In this document: positions 47,272-57,306 of the stretch, in pieces
How the letters are laid out: the number at the start of each line of letters is the position of its first letter
How positions within the stretch are numbered: the stretch's first letter is position 1
Assembly: GCA_963847445.1 (NCBI GenBank)
Contig: CAWJZV010000017.1
Coordinates: 64,001-128,000, forward strand
DNA length: 64,000 nt
DNA from: an uncultured delta proteobacterium
Lineage (GTDB): Bacteria > Desulfobacterota > Binatia > UBA9968
Direction of reading: 5' to 3'
Translations under genes and position numbers: made by a program
Notes under the pieces: model-generated
Databases searched by the model: none
Seen by the model: the letters and a program-made list of their open reading frames with translations, nothing else
What the model was told of the DNA's origin: nothing

Positions 47272-47288
47272 AGCAACTGCGATGCCAA
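47272..47288 (-). promoter_or_regulatory. sigma54 promoter upstream of caspase gene
   Basis: Minus strand TTGGCATCGCAGTTGCT, near-consensus TGGCA-N6-TTGC, ~75 nt upstream of the ATG. Confidence 0.75.
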
Positions 47289-47813
47289 GTTATCTGCTGA
47301 CGTGGGCAATGCGGGAAACGCGCCATTCGTGGCGAAATCTAACGATTTCTTCGTGCATCCAGATTAGCGCAATCGGCCGCCGGTAACTTTCGTATACAGT
47401 GGGTGTATCCATTGGTTGCATTGGTGTGTTCGCAACGACGGTTGACGACATCGGCATAGCGCAAAACTTTTAGTCGGAACTGTGTTAGGTTGGCTTGGCT
47501 GAGAAACTCTTTATCAATGACAGTAGGGAAACGCTCATGAAGATTGCTGTTAAACCGTTACCTTCCGTCATTACATATTCGCGTGTCTTCTGACAATAGC
47601 TGGGCTTGGACTTCTTCCGCCGCAGGTGTTTGGCCAATCTGCGAGTGGCGCTGCGGCCAGAACTCAGCGTCAAAGAGATGCAAGAGCGGTTGAAGACCTG
47701 CAAGTGAAACGAGCGATCGCGCCGCCGATCCCGCCTGTGAGACTGTGTCCTACTTCGCAAAAATCCGTTTTTAGCGTCTTCGACGGTGGCTGCTGCATGG
47801 GCACAAGAAGTGT

Positions 47814-47931
47814 TCACCACGAAGGCACGAAGGACACGAAGGTTCGGAAGTTAAGACTCTTCCTTCGTGCTCTTCGTGTCCTTCGTGGTGAGAAACTCTT
47901 TGCCATTTGGTCGTGGCGGAGCCGCGCTAGG
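47814..47931. repeat. REP-like long hairpin
   Basis: TCACCACGAAGGCACGAAGGACACGAAGG ... CTTCGTGCTCTTCGTGTCCTTCGTGGTGA; related to 54607..54936. Confidence 0.75.
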
Positions 47932-48007
47932 ATATCTGTGCCACGGTGATGAACCATTCCGTGTTCGAGCTGAATGATGATGTCGAAGCATAAGCGCCTT
48001 CATTTAA

Positions 48008-48024
48008 CCGGCACTAAACTAGCG
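48008..48024 (+). promoter_or_regulatory. weak sigma54-like site
   Basis: CCGGCACTAAACTAGCG, GG-N10-GC, ~65 nt upstream of 48089. Confidence 0.3.
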
Positions 48025-48088
48025 GCTCAATCTTTTGGCTTCTCTGGCCTGCCGAGTTTGGTTAAACTGTCAGCGCAGATCGATTGCA

Positions 48089-48670
48089 ATGAAACAGTTC
48101 TGGTTCATCGGCGCGCTGCTTTTCGGCGTGTATTTCTGGAGCGGTCGAGATATTGCCCGCCCAGGAGGGGTACTGGTGCCGGAGGAACCAGTCCAGCGCC
48201 AGGTTTACACGTCGCGGTTACGCGTGAAGAATGGCTACCAGATCGAGCTCCTCGCCAGCTTCGATATCAGAGCGCGGGTCATCGCTGTCGAAAGATATCG
48301 GTTTGATCGCGGTGCGGCGCTATCGCCGGTGGATCTCGCTTTGGGTTGGGGGCCGATGTCCAACGGCGATATCTTGAAGCAGATTAGCTTCTCCCAAGGC
48401 GGACGCTTCTTTAGTTGGTGGGCACAGAACTATCCGGTTCCCCGCAATGTCATCGAAAGCCATAGTGCCAACATGCATATGATTCCGGCAGACGATGACA
48501 TCGAGCGCCGGCTGAAATCGATCCGCGCGGGAAGTCTCGTGCATATCAAAGGATACCTGGTGGAAGCCATGGGTAAGGACGGTTTTCGCTGGAAAAGCTC
48601 GCTGTCGCGCAGCGACACCGGTGCGGGCGCCTGCGAGTTGATCTGGGTCGAGTCGTTGGAGAGTTGGTGA
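48089..48670 (+). CDS. conserved hypothetical exported protein
   Basis: N-terminal TM; SPVDLALGWG.MS, SHSANMH.IP, W.SSL.R.DTG.GACE. Confidence 0.75.
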   Translation: MKQFWFIGALLFGVYFWSGRDIARPGGVLVPEEPVQRQVYTSRLRVKNGYQIELLASFDIRARVIAVERYRFDRGAALSPVDLALGWGPMSNGDILKQISFSQGGRFFSWWAQNYPVPRNVIESHSANMHMIPADDDIERRLKSIRAGSLVHIKGYLVEAMGKDGFRWKSSLSRSDTGAGACELIWVESLESW

Positions 48671-48753
48671 GTCGCCAGCCGTTGGCAAATTTCTGGACAT
48701 TGCACCGTGCTTGGAGTAAACCGCGCATAGTTAGTTTAGCCCGAGGAGCCAAG

Positions 48754-49758
48754 ATGCGACGGATAATGCAATGGGTGTTGGGAACGATACTGACGATAAC
48801 TTTACTGGCGCGGCTGCCTGCCGTGCACGCGGCGGAAACGGCACTGAAGGTCGTCGACGTTTCGCTGCCGGCGGTGTCGTTGTTGCAGTCGCCGCTGTTT
48901 GCCGCCATCGAAAGCGGCGCGTTCAAAAAGTACGGCATGGAGGTTCGCTACATCGTTACCGGAGCGCGGAGCATCCAGGCGTTGATCGGCGGTTCGGTCA
49001 ATTTCGCCCAGGGAGTTTCGAGTCGTACCGTGCCCTCGGCGGTGCTGGCCGGATTCGATGCGGTGTTGATCGCCAACTTCAGCGACAAGTTTTTATTCAC
49101 CATGCACAGCGCGCCGGAAATCAATTCGCTACATGATCTAAGGGGCAAAATCATCGGCGTTTCCGGCCTCGGCGGCAGCACCGATTTCGCCACCCGGGTG
49201 GCGCTGCGCGAAGCTGGGCTGGTGCCCGACAAAGACGTCATGATTCGCGGCGTTGGCGGCGTGCCGGAGACCGTGGCGGCGCTGCGCGCCAAATTGGTCC
49301 ACGCCGGCACGCTGTCGCCGCCGTCGTCCTTCGTCGCGCAGAAGGCGGGATTCAAGATGTTGTTCGACATGACTAGCTTGGGCGTCGACTATGTTTCCTC
49401 CGGTCTGGGCGTCAAGAAGACCTGGCTCGTCGCTAACCGGCTGGAAGCGAAACAGTTCGTCATGGCGATGATCGAAGGGGCGAAAATCCTCAGCACGGAC
49501 GAAGAGTTCTCCCTGCGGGTATTGGCCAAGCACACGAGAATTTCCGACCGCGAAGTTTTGCAGCAGAGTTATCGCTATATCAAACCGTATTTCCTCAAGG
49601 TACCGTATCCGTCGACGCGGGCGATCAAAGATACTTTAGATGCGCTGGCGAAGGATTTGCCCAAGGCGAAGGACGCCGACCCGCGCGACTCTGTCGACTT
49701 GTCGATTGTCAAAGAAATCGAAGCGAGCGGCTTCATCGCCAGCGTCTATGGCAAGTAA
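48754..49758 (+). CDS. NMT1/SsuA-type substrate-binding protein
   Basis: GAGGAG RBS; G.FKKYG.EV, DLRGKIIGVS..GG.TD. Confidence 0.87.
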   Translation: MRRIMQWVLGTILTITLLARLPAVHAAETALKVVDVSLPAVSLLQSPLFAAIESGAFKKYGMEVRYIVTGARSIQALIGGSVNFAQGVSSRTVPSAVLAGFDAVLIANFSDKFLFTMHSAPEINSLHDLRGKIIGVSGLGGSTDFATRVALREAGLVPDKDVMIRGVGGVPETVAALRAKLVHAGTLSPPSSFVAQKAGFKMLFDMTSLGVDYVSSGLGVKKTWLVANRLEAKQFVMAMIEGAKILSTDEEFSLRVLAKHTRISDREVLQQSYRYIKPYFLKVPYPSTRAIKDTLDALAKDLPKAKDADPRDSVDLSIVKEIEASGFIASVYGK

Positions 49759-49759
49759 C

Positions 49760-50911
49760 ATGATGCGCCGATTTATCTCCGCCGACGATCACATCGATCT
49801 GCGTTGGCTGCCGCAGGATCTATGGAGCGAAAGATTGCCGGCGCGGCTGCGCGAGCGCGGCCCGCGGGTGATCGAGAATGACCACGGCGCGTACTGGAGT
49901 TGGGAAGGTCAAACTTTCAGTCCCCATGGCTACTACACCGCGGCGCAGGGGAGCGGTGCCATGTGGGCGATCGAGCGCGGCGGTGTCATGCGTCCGGGTG
50001 AGTTGCGGCCGACCACGGCAGAGCTGCGCTTGAACGACATGGACCGCGACGGCGCCGAGGCTTCGATCATGTACGGCCCCACCGATCCGATGGCGATCGG
50101 CGATCCGGAGCTGCGCCGGTTATGCTACCAAGCGTACAACGATTGGTTGAGCGAGTTCTGCGCGGCGCGGCCGGAGCGACTGTTCGGCGTGCCGCAGTTG
50201 TCGATGGAAGATCCGCTGGCGGCGCGCGACGAGCTGGCGCGTTTGGCCAGGCGCGGCGGGCTGCGCCATGTCAACATTCTCGCGTCTCGCGCCAGTCCGC
50301 CGGTGTACGATGACGCCTGGGAGCCGTTTTGGGCGCTCGCCGAAGAAATAGATGTTCCCATCGGCTTTCATCTTGCCGTTGTCGTGAAAAAGAGCCGGCT
50401 CGATGAATCCAAGCGCGCTGCGGCGAATTTGGTCGTCACCGTGGCTGCGCAATTCGCCCAAGAGCCGCCCGGCATGCAGTTGCTCGAACCCATGACGGGA
50501 CTAATTTTTGACGGCGTGCTCGATCGTCACCCGAGGTTGAAAATCGTCATGGCCGAAGCCGGGCTCGCCTGGGTGCCGAGCATGATCCAAGGTCTCGATA
50601 TCTGGTATCAGCGCACCCGCGACGGCCGCAGGCTAACCGGCGAAAAACCGATCGCATTGCCCAAGCTTTTACCGAGCGAATATTTTCACCGGCAGATCTG
50701 GATTAGCTTCGTCGACGATCCGTTGGGCGTTAAAATGGTCGGCAACGTGCTCGATGCCGATAAAGTGATGTTCGGTTCCGATTACCCTCATCCGGCGAGT
50801 ACTTGGCCCAACTCGCAAGCGGCGATCGCCGCGCAGATAGAGTCTTTGCCTGCCGCTACGGTGCAAAAAATAACCCGCGACAACGCCCGGGCGCTGTTTG
50901 GCATTGCTTAA
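49760..50911 (+). CDS. amidohydrolase family 2 protein
   Basis: ISADDH, AYNDWL.EFC, IGFH, MFGSDYPH. Confidence 0.9.
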   Translation: MMRRFISADDHIDLRWLPQDLWSERLPARLRERGPRVIENDHGAYWSWEGQTFSPHGYYTAAQGSGAMWAIERGGVMRPGELRPTTAELRLNDMDRDGAEASIMYGPTDPMAIGDPELRRLCYQAYNDWLSEFCAARPERLFGVPQLSMEDPLAARDELARLARRGGLRHVNILASRASPPVYDDAWEPFWALAEEIDVPIGFHLAVVVKKSRLDESKRAAANLVVTVAAQFAQEPPGMQLLEPMTGLIFDGVLDRHPRLKIVMAEAGLAWVPSMIQGLDIWYQRTRDGRRLTGEKPIALPKLLPSEYFHRQIWISFVDDPLGVKMVGNVLDADKVMFGSDYPHPASTWPNSQAAIAAQIESLPAATVQKITRDNARALFGIA

Positions 50912-51169
50912 ACCTGGATAATCTCTGAATCCGTTGTCAGAATCAGAAGTTGACGGCGCGGCGAGGGCAAGCCCTCCGCAGTGAAGCCAATGGGCGCCCA
51001 CCTCTGAGATCTGATTGGGCAAGTAAGCATCCGGTTTACCCAGCAGATATGCGACCGCTTCGAGCTTCCGGTTGAAATAGATTTTGCGACTGCATAGTTG
51101 GGTGGCTTCACTGCTCCGGGTTCACCCCTCGCCGGGTCGCTCGTTGATTGGCTATTGCTGGATTCGGAT

Positions 51170-52022
51170 TTACGCCGAATGGCGTCCGATAAAATCGAGC
51201 ACTGTGCGATTGAAAACTTCGGGTTGCTCCCAATAGGGCGAGTGGCCGGCTTCGGAAAAAATAACCACTTCATTGTCAGGGATATGACGCGCGATCATGC
51301 GCGTGATCGATGGCGGCGTCGACGGATCGGCGGCGCCGGTCATGAGCAGCGTCGGTACTTGCAAAGTTTCCAGCTGCGCCGGCGTGACGATGTTGGCGAG
51401 GGATTGGCGCGCGCCTTTGCCGGTTTCGGATTGTTCATTGATCTCCCGCCACTTCTCCGCACCTTCGGGATTCGCCGCGCGGTAGGATGGGCCGAGTTCC
51501 CAACACCAGCGCGGCAGCGCTTCCAATGCTTTCAACTTGATTCGCGCCGCGGCGTCGGCGATGTAGCCGTCGCGGGCGGCGAGATTGTTGCTCGACACGG
51601 TTAGGCTCAGAAGCCGTTCGGGGTGCGACAACGCATAGTCGGCGGCGACGCTGCCGCCGGCGGCGGAACTCACGGCGTGGAATTTTTTCACGCCGAGAAA
51701 TTCGCTCAGGTTGTGTAAGTCTTCAGCAGCGATGCCGGGATTATCTGGCGGCGCGAGATCGGAGTTGTAGTAATTGCGCCGGGAGTAGCCGATGACGCGA
51801 TAGCCAGCCTGGGCGAAGACCGGCTGCTGGTACAACCAGATCAACGCGCTGCCCGATGCTGGATGTAAAAAAATTACCGGCGTGCCATTGACCGCCGGTA
51901 TCCCAATAGCCGAGACGGGTGCCGGGAAGTTCGGCGATCCCTTGCGTCGCCGGAGCCTGCTCGGGGATCGGAATCGGCGTCAGCGGATCGTTCACCATTG
52001 CAGCTGGTTTGCCTTCACTCAT
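51170..52022 (-). CDS. alpha/beta hydrolase fold protein (indel near 51890)
   Basis: YWDTGG..(FL)HPASGS, YRVIGYSRR, GAAD, AGHSPYWEQP. Confidence 0.82.
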
Positions 52023-52030
52023 TCTAGCTC

Positions 52031-53203
52031 TCAGCTCGCTCGCGCTGCGGCGAACGAGAAGGCGTCGTAGCCGTCTTCATGAATCAACTTGATGACCTCA
52101 TCCTTGGCCGGATCGAAATTGACGCCGATGGGGTCGGCGCCGTTTTGCACCGACTGAATCTGTTCCCGCAATAACTTGCGAAACATGACGATGCCGCGGT
52201 CGCCTTCGCCAAGATGTTCTTTAGAACGGTCGGCGAGGGGGCCTTGGGTCTCCCAGGCCATATGGTCTTGGCTGGTGAAATTGTCCATGTGAAATTCGCC
52301 GGCCGCGTCAGTAGTTCCGACATAGGCTATCGGCGTGTTCTCCGGCTGTTCGACCGCGCTGCGATCTTTGCTTGGGCTAAAACGGAATTGATAGACCTGG
52401 GTGTTGGTGTCGTCGATCGGCGTGCGGAAATGCATCGCATAGCCGATGCGCACGGGAACGAATAGTATGTTGGGGAAAATCAACGGATGGGGCGTTTCGA
52501 CGGGGGCTTCGTCGCCTTCGAATATGCGTTGTTTCTGGATGCCCGCCCAGGTCGGATAGTTGACGAATTCAAAATCGAACTTGTTGAGCATGCGATAATG
52601 ATACGGCACATGATCGGGATCGCCCTTGAGCTTGAGGGTGTGCGAATGGAGATAATAAGTGTGGGTCGGGTCGACGGAGTTCTCCATCGCTTGCAGCCAA
52701 TTGCAGCGCAAGGTTTCGCAGATGTCGACTTGCTTCTTGCCATCGTTGCGCACCAACAGGTCCCATTTGGGCAACAGCGGTTTCCTCTCCGGCGGGCCCA
52801 TGTAGGCGAATAGCAGGCCGGCGAGTTTTTCCACCGGGTAGGCGGGATGTTGAATCTTGGCTTTGAAGCCGGCTTCCGGGCTTTCGAAAGGCTGGTCGAT
52901 GCAGCGGCCGCAGGCATCGTACTTCCAACCATGATAGGGGCAGCGGATGCCGTCCTTCTCGACAAAGCCGTAGTAAAGCGACACGCCGCGGTGGGAACAA
53001 TTCTCCGCCACCAGGCCGTAACCGCCGGAGCGGTCCTGGTATAATAGCAAGTTTTCACCGAGCAGGCGGACGCGCTTTTTCGGTTTGGCATCGTTCAACT
53101 CGGCGGCGGCGCCAACCACATGCCAATAGCGCCGCAACAATTGCCCGGCGGGAGTGCCGGGACCGACCCGGCAGAAAAAGTCGTTGTCTTCGTGACTGAG
53201 CAT
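52031..53203 (-). CDS. Rieske non-heme iron oxygenase alpha subunit (phthalate dioxygenase/LigX-like)
   Basis: VGPGTP.G.LLRRYW; CSHRG..CPYHGW; EN.VDP.H...LH; QD.MAW.TQG. Confidence 0.92.
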   Translation of the reverse strand: MLSHEDNDFFCRVGPGTPAGQLLRRYWHVVGAAAELNDAKPKKRVRLLGENLLLYQDRSGGYGLVAENCSHRGVSLYYGFVEKDGIRCPYHGWKYDACGRCIDQPFESPEAGFKAKIQHPAYPVEKLAGLLFAYMGPPERKPLLPKWDLLVRNDGKKQVDICETLRCNWLQAMENSVDPTHTYYLHSHTLKLKGDPDHVPYHYRMLNKFDFEFVNYPTWAGIQKQRIFEGDEAPVETPHPLIFPNILFVPVRIGYAMHFRTPIDDTNTQVYQFRFSPSKDRSAVEQPENTPIAYVGTTDAAGEFHMDNFTSQDHMAWETQGPLADRSKEHLGEGDRGIVMFRKLLREQIQSVQNGADPIGVNFDPAKDEVIKLIHEDGYDAFSFAAARAS

Positions 53204-53551
53204 GACGGTGGACTCCTTATGGCGATTTGTCCTGCGGGCGCTCGCGCAGCGACAAGATATTAGCTGACAGTATTAGAAATTTTGCCAAGGTGTCAACTTG
53301 GGGAAAGCAATCGGCAGTCGGCAGGAGGTGGGACTGTCGAAGTTTTACGGCAATAGCCAATGACCTGCACTGTTGTCCTTAGGCCATAATCGTCGCCGGT
53401 TGTTTCCAGGGCATGTAACGCTCCATTTCATTATTCTCTCCAGTTTCCACAATGTCGCGCATTGACATGCTCTTTTACGCGGTGTTATGGCTGCACCATG
53501 GCGCATCGTCCGGGTTCATTGCAATCTTTTACGTAATAACAAGGAGTCAAT

Positions 53552-54574
53552 ATGGCAAACTATAAAGTCATCGATGCCGATGGTCATGTGCGCGAATCGA
53601 ACGCCGGCATGCGCGAGTTCCTGCCACCGCGCTGGCAGCGCCGCAACCTTTTCCCCAACGACGAGTGGGATCGCGACCTGCGCGGCAAGCTGGGGCAGAA
53701 GCCCGAGGGTCCCAAAGATCAGCTGGCGGCCATGGACGAAGACGGTATCGACGTCATGGTGATGTACCCGACGGCCGGGTTACATGTCTCGGCGCTGCAC
53801 GAAAAAGATTACGCCACGGCAGTAACCCAGGCCTATAACGACTGGCTCTATCATTTTTGCAAGACCGATGCGGCGCGGCTGAAGTTCGTCGCGTTATTGG
53901 CGCCCCAGGACCCCAACGCCGCCGCTGAAGAATTGCGCCGCGCGGTGACGGAGCGCGGCGCGGTGGCCGGCGTGTTGCCGACCTACCTGCCGCAGATGCC
54001 GGACTTCGGCGATGGTTTTTACGATCCGATTTATGCCGCCGCCGAGAGTCTCGGCGTCGGTCTCGGTTTTCACACCGGAACTTCCGCCGATTCGCTCGGC
54101 GGCCAGCGCTTTCGCAAGTTTCTCTCGGCCCATACCATCGACCATCCGGCCGAGCAGATGATGGCGCTGATCGCGACCATCGTCGGCGGCGTGTTCGAGC
54201 GCTTTTCCAGGCTCAGCATCGCTTATCTCGAGTCGGGTATCGGCTGGGTGCCGTATATGATCGACCGGCTCGACGAAGAGGTGGAAAAACGCGGCGCCGA
54301 CGAAGCGCCCTACTTAACCAAGCTGCCGAGCGAATATGTGAAGAGCGGACGGGTCTATTTCGGCGTCGAATGCGAAGAGAAGACGATTCCCGACGCCATG
54401 CGCTGGGGCTTGGAAGACACGATCCTTTATTCCTCCGACTATCCGCACTGGGACGGCGACTGGCCGCATACCGTGAAAGGCATCCGCAAGCGCACCGATC
54501 TGTCCGATGGTGTGAAAAAGAAAATGTTGCACGATAACGTGGCGCGGTTCTATCGACTGGATGCGGCGGTGTGA
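53552..54574 (+). CDS. amidohydrolase family 2 protein
   Basis: IDADGH, AYNDWL, LGFH, LESG.GW, SSDYPHWD. Confidence 0.9.
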   Translation: MANYKVIDADGHVRESNAGMREFLPPRWQRRNLFPNDEWDRDLRGKLGQKPEGPKDQLAAMDEDGIDVMVMYPTAGLHVSALHEKDYATAVTQAYNDWLYHFCKTDAARLKFVALLAPQDPNAAAEELRRAVTERGAVAGVLPTYLPQMPDFGDGFYDPIYAAAESLGVGLGFHTGTSADSLGGQRFRKFLSAHTIDHPAEQMMALIATIVGGVFERFSRLSIAYLESGIGWVPYMIDRLDEEVEKRGADEAPYLTKLPSEYVKSGRVYFGVECEEKTIPDAMRWGLEDTILYSSDYPHWDGDWPHTVKGIRKRTDLSDGVKKKMLHDNVARFYRLDAAV

Positions 54575-54606
54575 CCTGGAGCCGATGTTCGATCGACCGG
54601 AAGGTT

Positions 54607-54936
54607 TCACCACGAAGGAGCTAGTACTAAGAGCAGGAGGTGCGGAGCTTTATTATTCCGAACCTTCGTGTCCTTTGTGATCTCCTTAGAAAATACAGGT
54701 AAGGGGAGGGTCTCCGCAGTAGGTCACCTGGGTTCCGTCATACCCGCGAAAGCGGGTACATGGGAGGGCGGACACATAGGTCCGCCCCTACGGGAAGAAC
54801 CTGGATTCCCGCCCTTCGGCTTTGCTCAGGACAGGCGTGCGCGGGAATGACGCGTCAAGCAGACCGCCTATGGAGGGATCGCCATCCATTTTCATTTTCT
54901 GTAGACGAGCGTAAGCTCATGGACACTTCGTGGTGA
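54607..54936. repeat. nested REP-like palindromes
   Basis: Outer TCACCACGAAG..CTTCGTGGTGA; GTCATACCCGCGAAAGCGGGTA..CTGGATTCCCGCC..GCGGGAATGAC; inner GGGCGGACACATAGGTCCGCCCCTAC and CTTCGGCTTTGCTCAGGACAGG. Confidence 0.75.
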
Positions 54937-55039
54937 AATGAGCTCTAGCAGATCCCGAAGGCAATCAAGTGCTCGTGTCGGAACAGAGTTGGCCAATTGA
55001 TAGCCTCTTGCCGATGCTTTCAACGAAAGGAAGTGTAGC

Positions 55040-55342
55040 GTGATCGTCGTATCCAATCGCCTTCAAGTAGCCAAGGGTCATGAAGCGGATTTTGAAAAAC
55101 GCTTCGAAGGCCGCGCCCGGCTGGTGGAGAACATGGCGGGATTTATCCGCTTGGAAATTCTCCGGCCGATAAAAAGCGATTACTACATCGTCCTGACTCA
55201 CTGGCAAGACGAAGCTTCGTTTCGCGCCTGGACCGACAGCGCGGAGTTTAAAGAAGCTCATAACAAGCGCCCACCGGCGGAAATTTTTGCCGGCCCGAAT
55301 GTGTTTGAGATGCACGAAGTGATTCAGCAAGCGGGAAATTAG
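55040..55342 (+). CDS. ABM-family monooxygenase, IsdG-like heme-degrading
   Basis: VSNRL (Asn), FE.RF..R, GF, W.D...F.AW..S..F..AH. Confidence 0.8.
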   Translation: MIVVSNRLQVAKGHEADFEKRFEGRARLVENMAGFIRLEILRPIKSDYYIVLTHWQDEASFRAWTDSAEFKEAHNKRPPAEIFAGPNVFEMHEVIQQAGN

Positions 55343-55491
55343 CGGCAAAAAGATCGATTTCATCGACCGATGATTTTGCCCGCTCGCGTATTGGCTAGGG
55401 AGACGTTTCGCTAACGAGCAAAACGCCTTCGCTTGACATCGCCCTGCCTGCCCATTACTGCTGGAGCTAATCGATTCTTAAGGAGGTTCTC

Positions 55492-55884
55492 ATGCCTAAA
55501 CTACGCCATTTGGCGATTCGAACAGAAGATACCGGGAAGTTAGCGGCATTTTACATGGATGTTTTTGAGATGCAGATACTGCACAAAGAGCGAGACGAAG
55601 GCGGCGTGATTTATTTGACCGACGGTTATTTCAATCTCGCTATTCTGCCCAATAAGGAGCAGAACTCGCCCAACGGGCTTTATCACTTTGGCTTCGAGGT
55701 CGAAAGCGGCGAGAAGATCGTCGAGCGATTGAAAAAGATCAACCCCAATAAATTGCCCAAACAGCGCCCGAACGACCGTCCCTACGCGGAAACCCGTTGC
55801 TCCGATATCGACGGCAACTTTTTCGATATCTCCGAGCATGGTTTTCTCGATTACGAACTGGTCGGCGACAGGAAGAAGAAGTAG
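55492..55884 (+). CDS. VOC/glyoxalase family protein
   Basis: LRHLAI, FY..VF, LTDG..NLA.L, GL.HFGF.V, D.DGN.FD.S. Confidence 0.88.
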   Translation: MPKLRHLAIRTEDTGKLAAFYMDVFEMQILHKERDEGGVIYLTDGYFNLAILPNKEQNSPNGLYHFGFEVESGEKIVERLKKINPNKLPKQRPNDRPYAETRCSDIDGNFFDISEHGFLDYELVGDRKKK

Positions 55885-56001
55885 GAAAGTTCGTTCAAAC
55901 TCGTTGCACCGCTGCGTTCCGTTCAAACCGTGGGAACTTGCCAAGCCGGTTTGAACTGTTTGAGCCAGCTTCATGGATTGAAGTTACCGGAGGACTGAGT
56001 A

Positions 56002-56997
56002 ATGCGCCGTGGATTGTTTTCTCTGCTCGTAGCGCTCGCGTTTGTGCCAGCCGAGCTGTCTGCCCAAGTTCGTTCTAACTTCGCCTCCAGCATTACCAGC
56101 GAGAGCATGGCCTCCGTCTGGGTCGCCAGACAATTGGGCTTGTTCAAAAAATATGGCCTTGAGACCCAGTATATTCTCATGCCGCGTTCGCCGCTCGCGG
56201 TGGCGGCGTTGCTGGCCAACGAAATCGATGTGGCGGTGATTGGGCCGGGCCATCTGGTTAACGCGGCTACGAGCGGCGCCGATGTGATCGGCATTGCGAA
56301 CTTCGTTCAGAAACTGGACTACCGGGTTAACGTGCGTCCCGACATCAAGAAGAAAGAAGATCTGCGTGGCAAGAAGATCGCTATCAGCGGTCCGGGGGCG
56401 ACCTCGCACCTGGTCACGCTGTTGGCGCTGCAGCATATGGCGATGGATCCGAATCAAGCGAAGATTACGTTTCTGACAATTCCCGGCACTGAGATCAACC
56501 GCCGTCTGGCGTTGGAAAGCGGTAGTATCGACGCCACCTCGCTGAACGGTTCGGTGGGGGACACTTACGCGAACAAAGGTTATCCGATTATCTATAATTT
56601 CAAAGGTTCAGGCGTGACCATGCCCCAAACCATGCTGGTCACGACCCGCCGTATTGCGGCAGCCAAGCCTCAGGTTATCGAAGGTTACTCGAAAGGACTC
56701 GTCGAGGCGATCGCTTACATGCTCGATCCGGTTAACAAGGAAAACGTAACGCGCATCATGGCCACCAACTTACGGCTGTCCAATACGAGCGAGGCCGACG
56801 AAGCCTATCAGGCCGTGTTCAATGCCTACGAGCGGCTGCCCCTACCGACGGTGGAAGGCATGAAGCGACTGCATGGCTTGCTCCTGACGATCAATCCAAA
56901 ACTTCCAGATGTCAAAGCCGAAACTTTGATCGACGACAGCTTTATTCATAGGCTCGAAGCTTCCGGTTTTGTCCAGAGCGTTACTAAAAAACGTTAA
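56002..56997 (+). CDS. NMT1/SsuA-type substrate-binding protein
   Basis: WVA..LGLFKKYGLE, DLRGKKIAIS..G. Confidence 0.87.
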   Translation: MRRGLFSLLVALAFVPAELSAQVRSNFASSITSESMASVWVARQLGLFKKYGLETQYILMPRSPLAVAALLANEIDVAVIGPGHLVNAATSGADVIGIANFVQKLDYRVNVRPDIKKKEDLRGKKIAISGPGATSHLVTLLALQHMAMDPNQAKITFLTIPGTEINRRLALESGSIDATSLNGSVGDTYANKGYPIIYNFKGSGVTMPQTMLVTTRRIAAAKPQVIEGYSKGLVEAIAYMLDPVNKENVTRIMATNLRLSNTSEADEAYQAVFNAYERLPLPTVEGMKRLHGLLLTINPKLPDVKAETLIDDSFIHRLEASGFVQSVTKKR

Positions 56998-57014
56998 AGA
57001 GTGATCAGACAGAG

Positions 57015-57130
57015 GCTCACCGCAAAGAGCCTGTAGATCACTGACAGAATCTTTGCAAAGAACGCAAAAGACGCATAATAATATCCGCAGCGTAGGGACG
57101 CGAGTCATTGCGACCTTTGCGACGCTTTAA
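57015..57130. repeat. degenerate REP-like palindrome
   Basis: CACCGCAAAGA..GCAAAGAACGCAAAAG versus TTGCGACCTTTGCGAC. Confidence 0.35.
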
Positions 57131-57306
57131 CCTAACCTTGCGCAAAGTGCCGGAATTCTCAGCAATCGTCACCCAATCGAAGATTCGGGACGGGAGGATT
57201 GGCGGCGAAGTAGGCAAAGCATAACAATGAAAGAACTTCGGCATGAACAACGGCGAGCTTGCAACTGGCCGTCGTGATTTGTGCGGCATGCGGGAGCAGG
57301 CAAACG

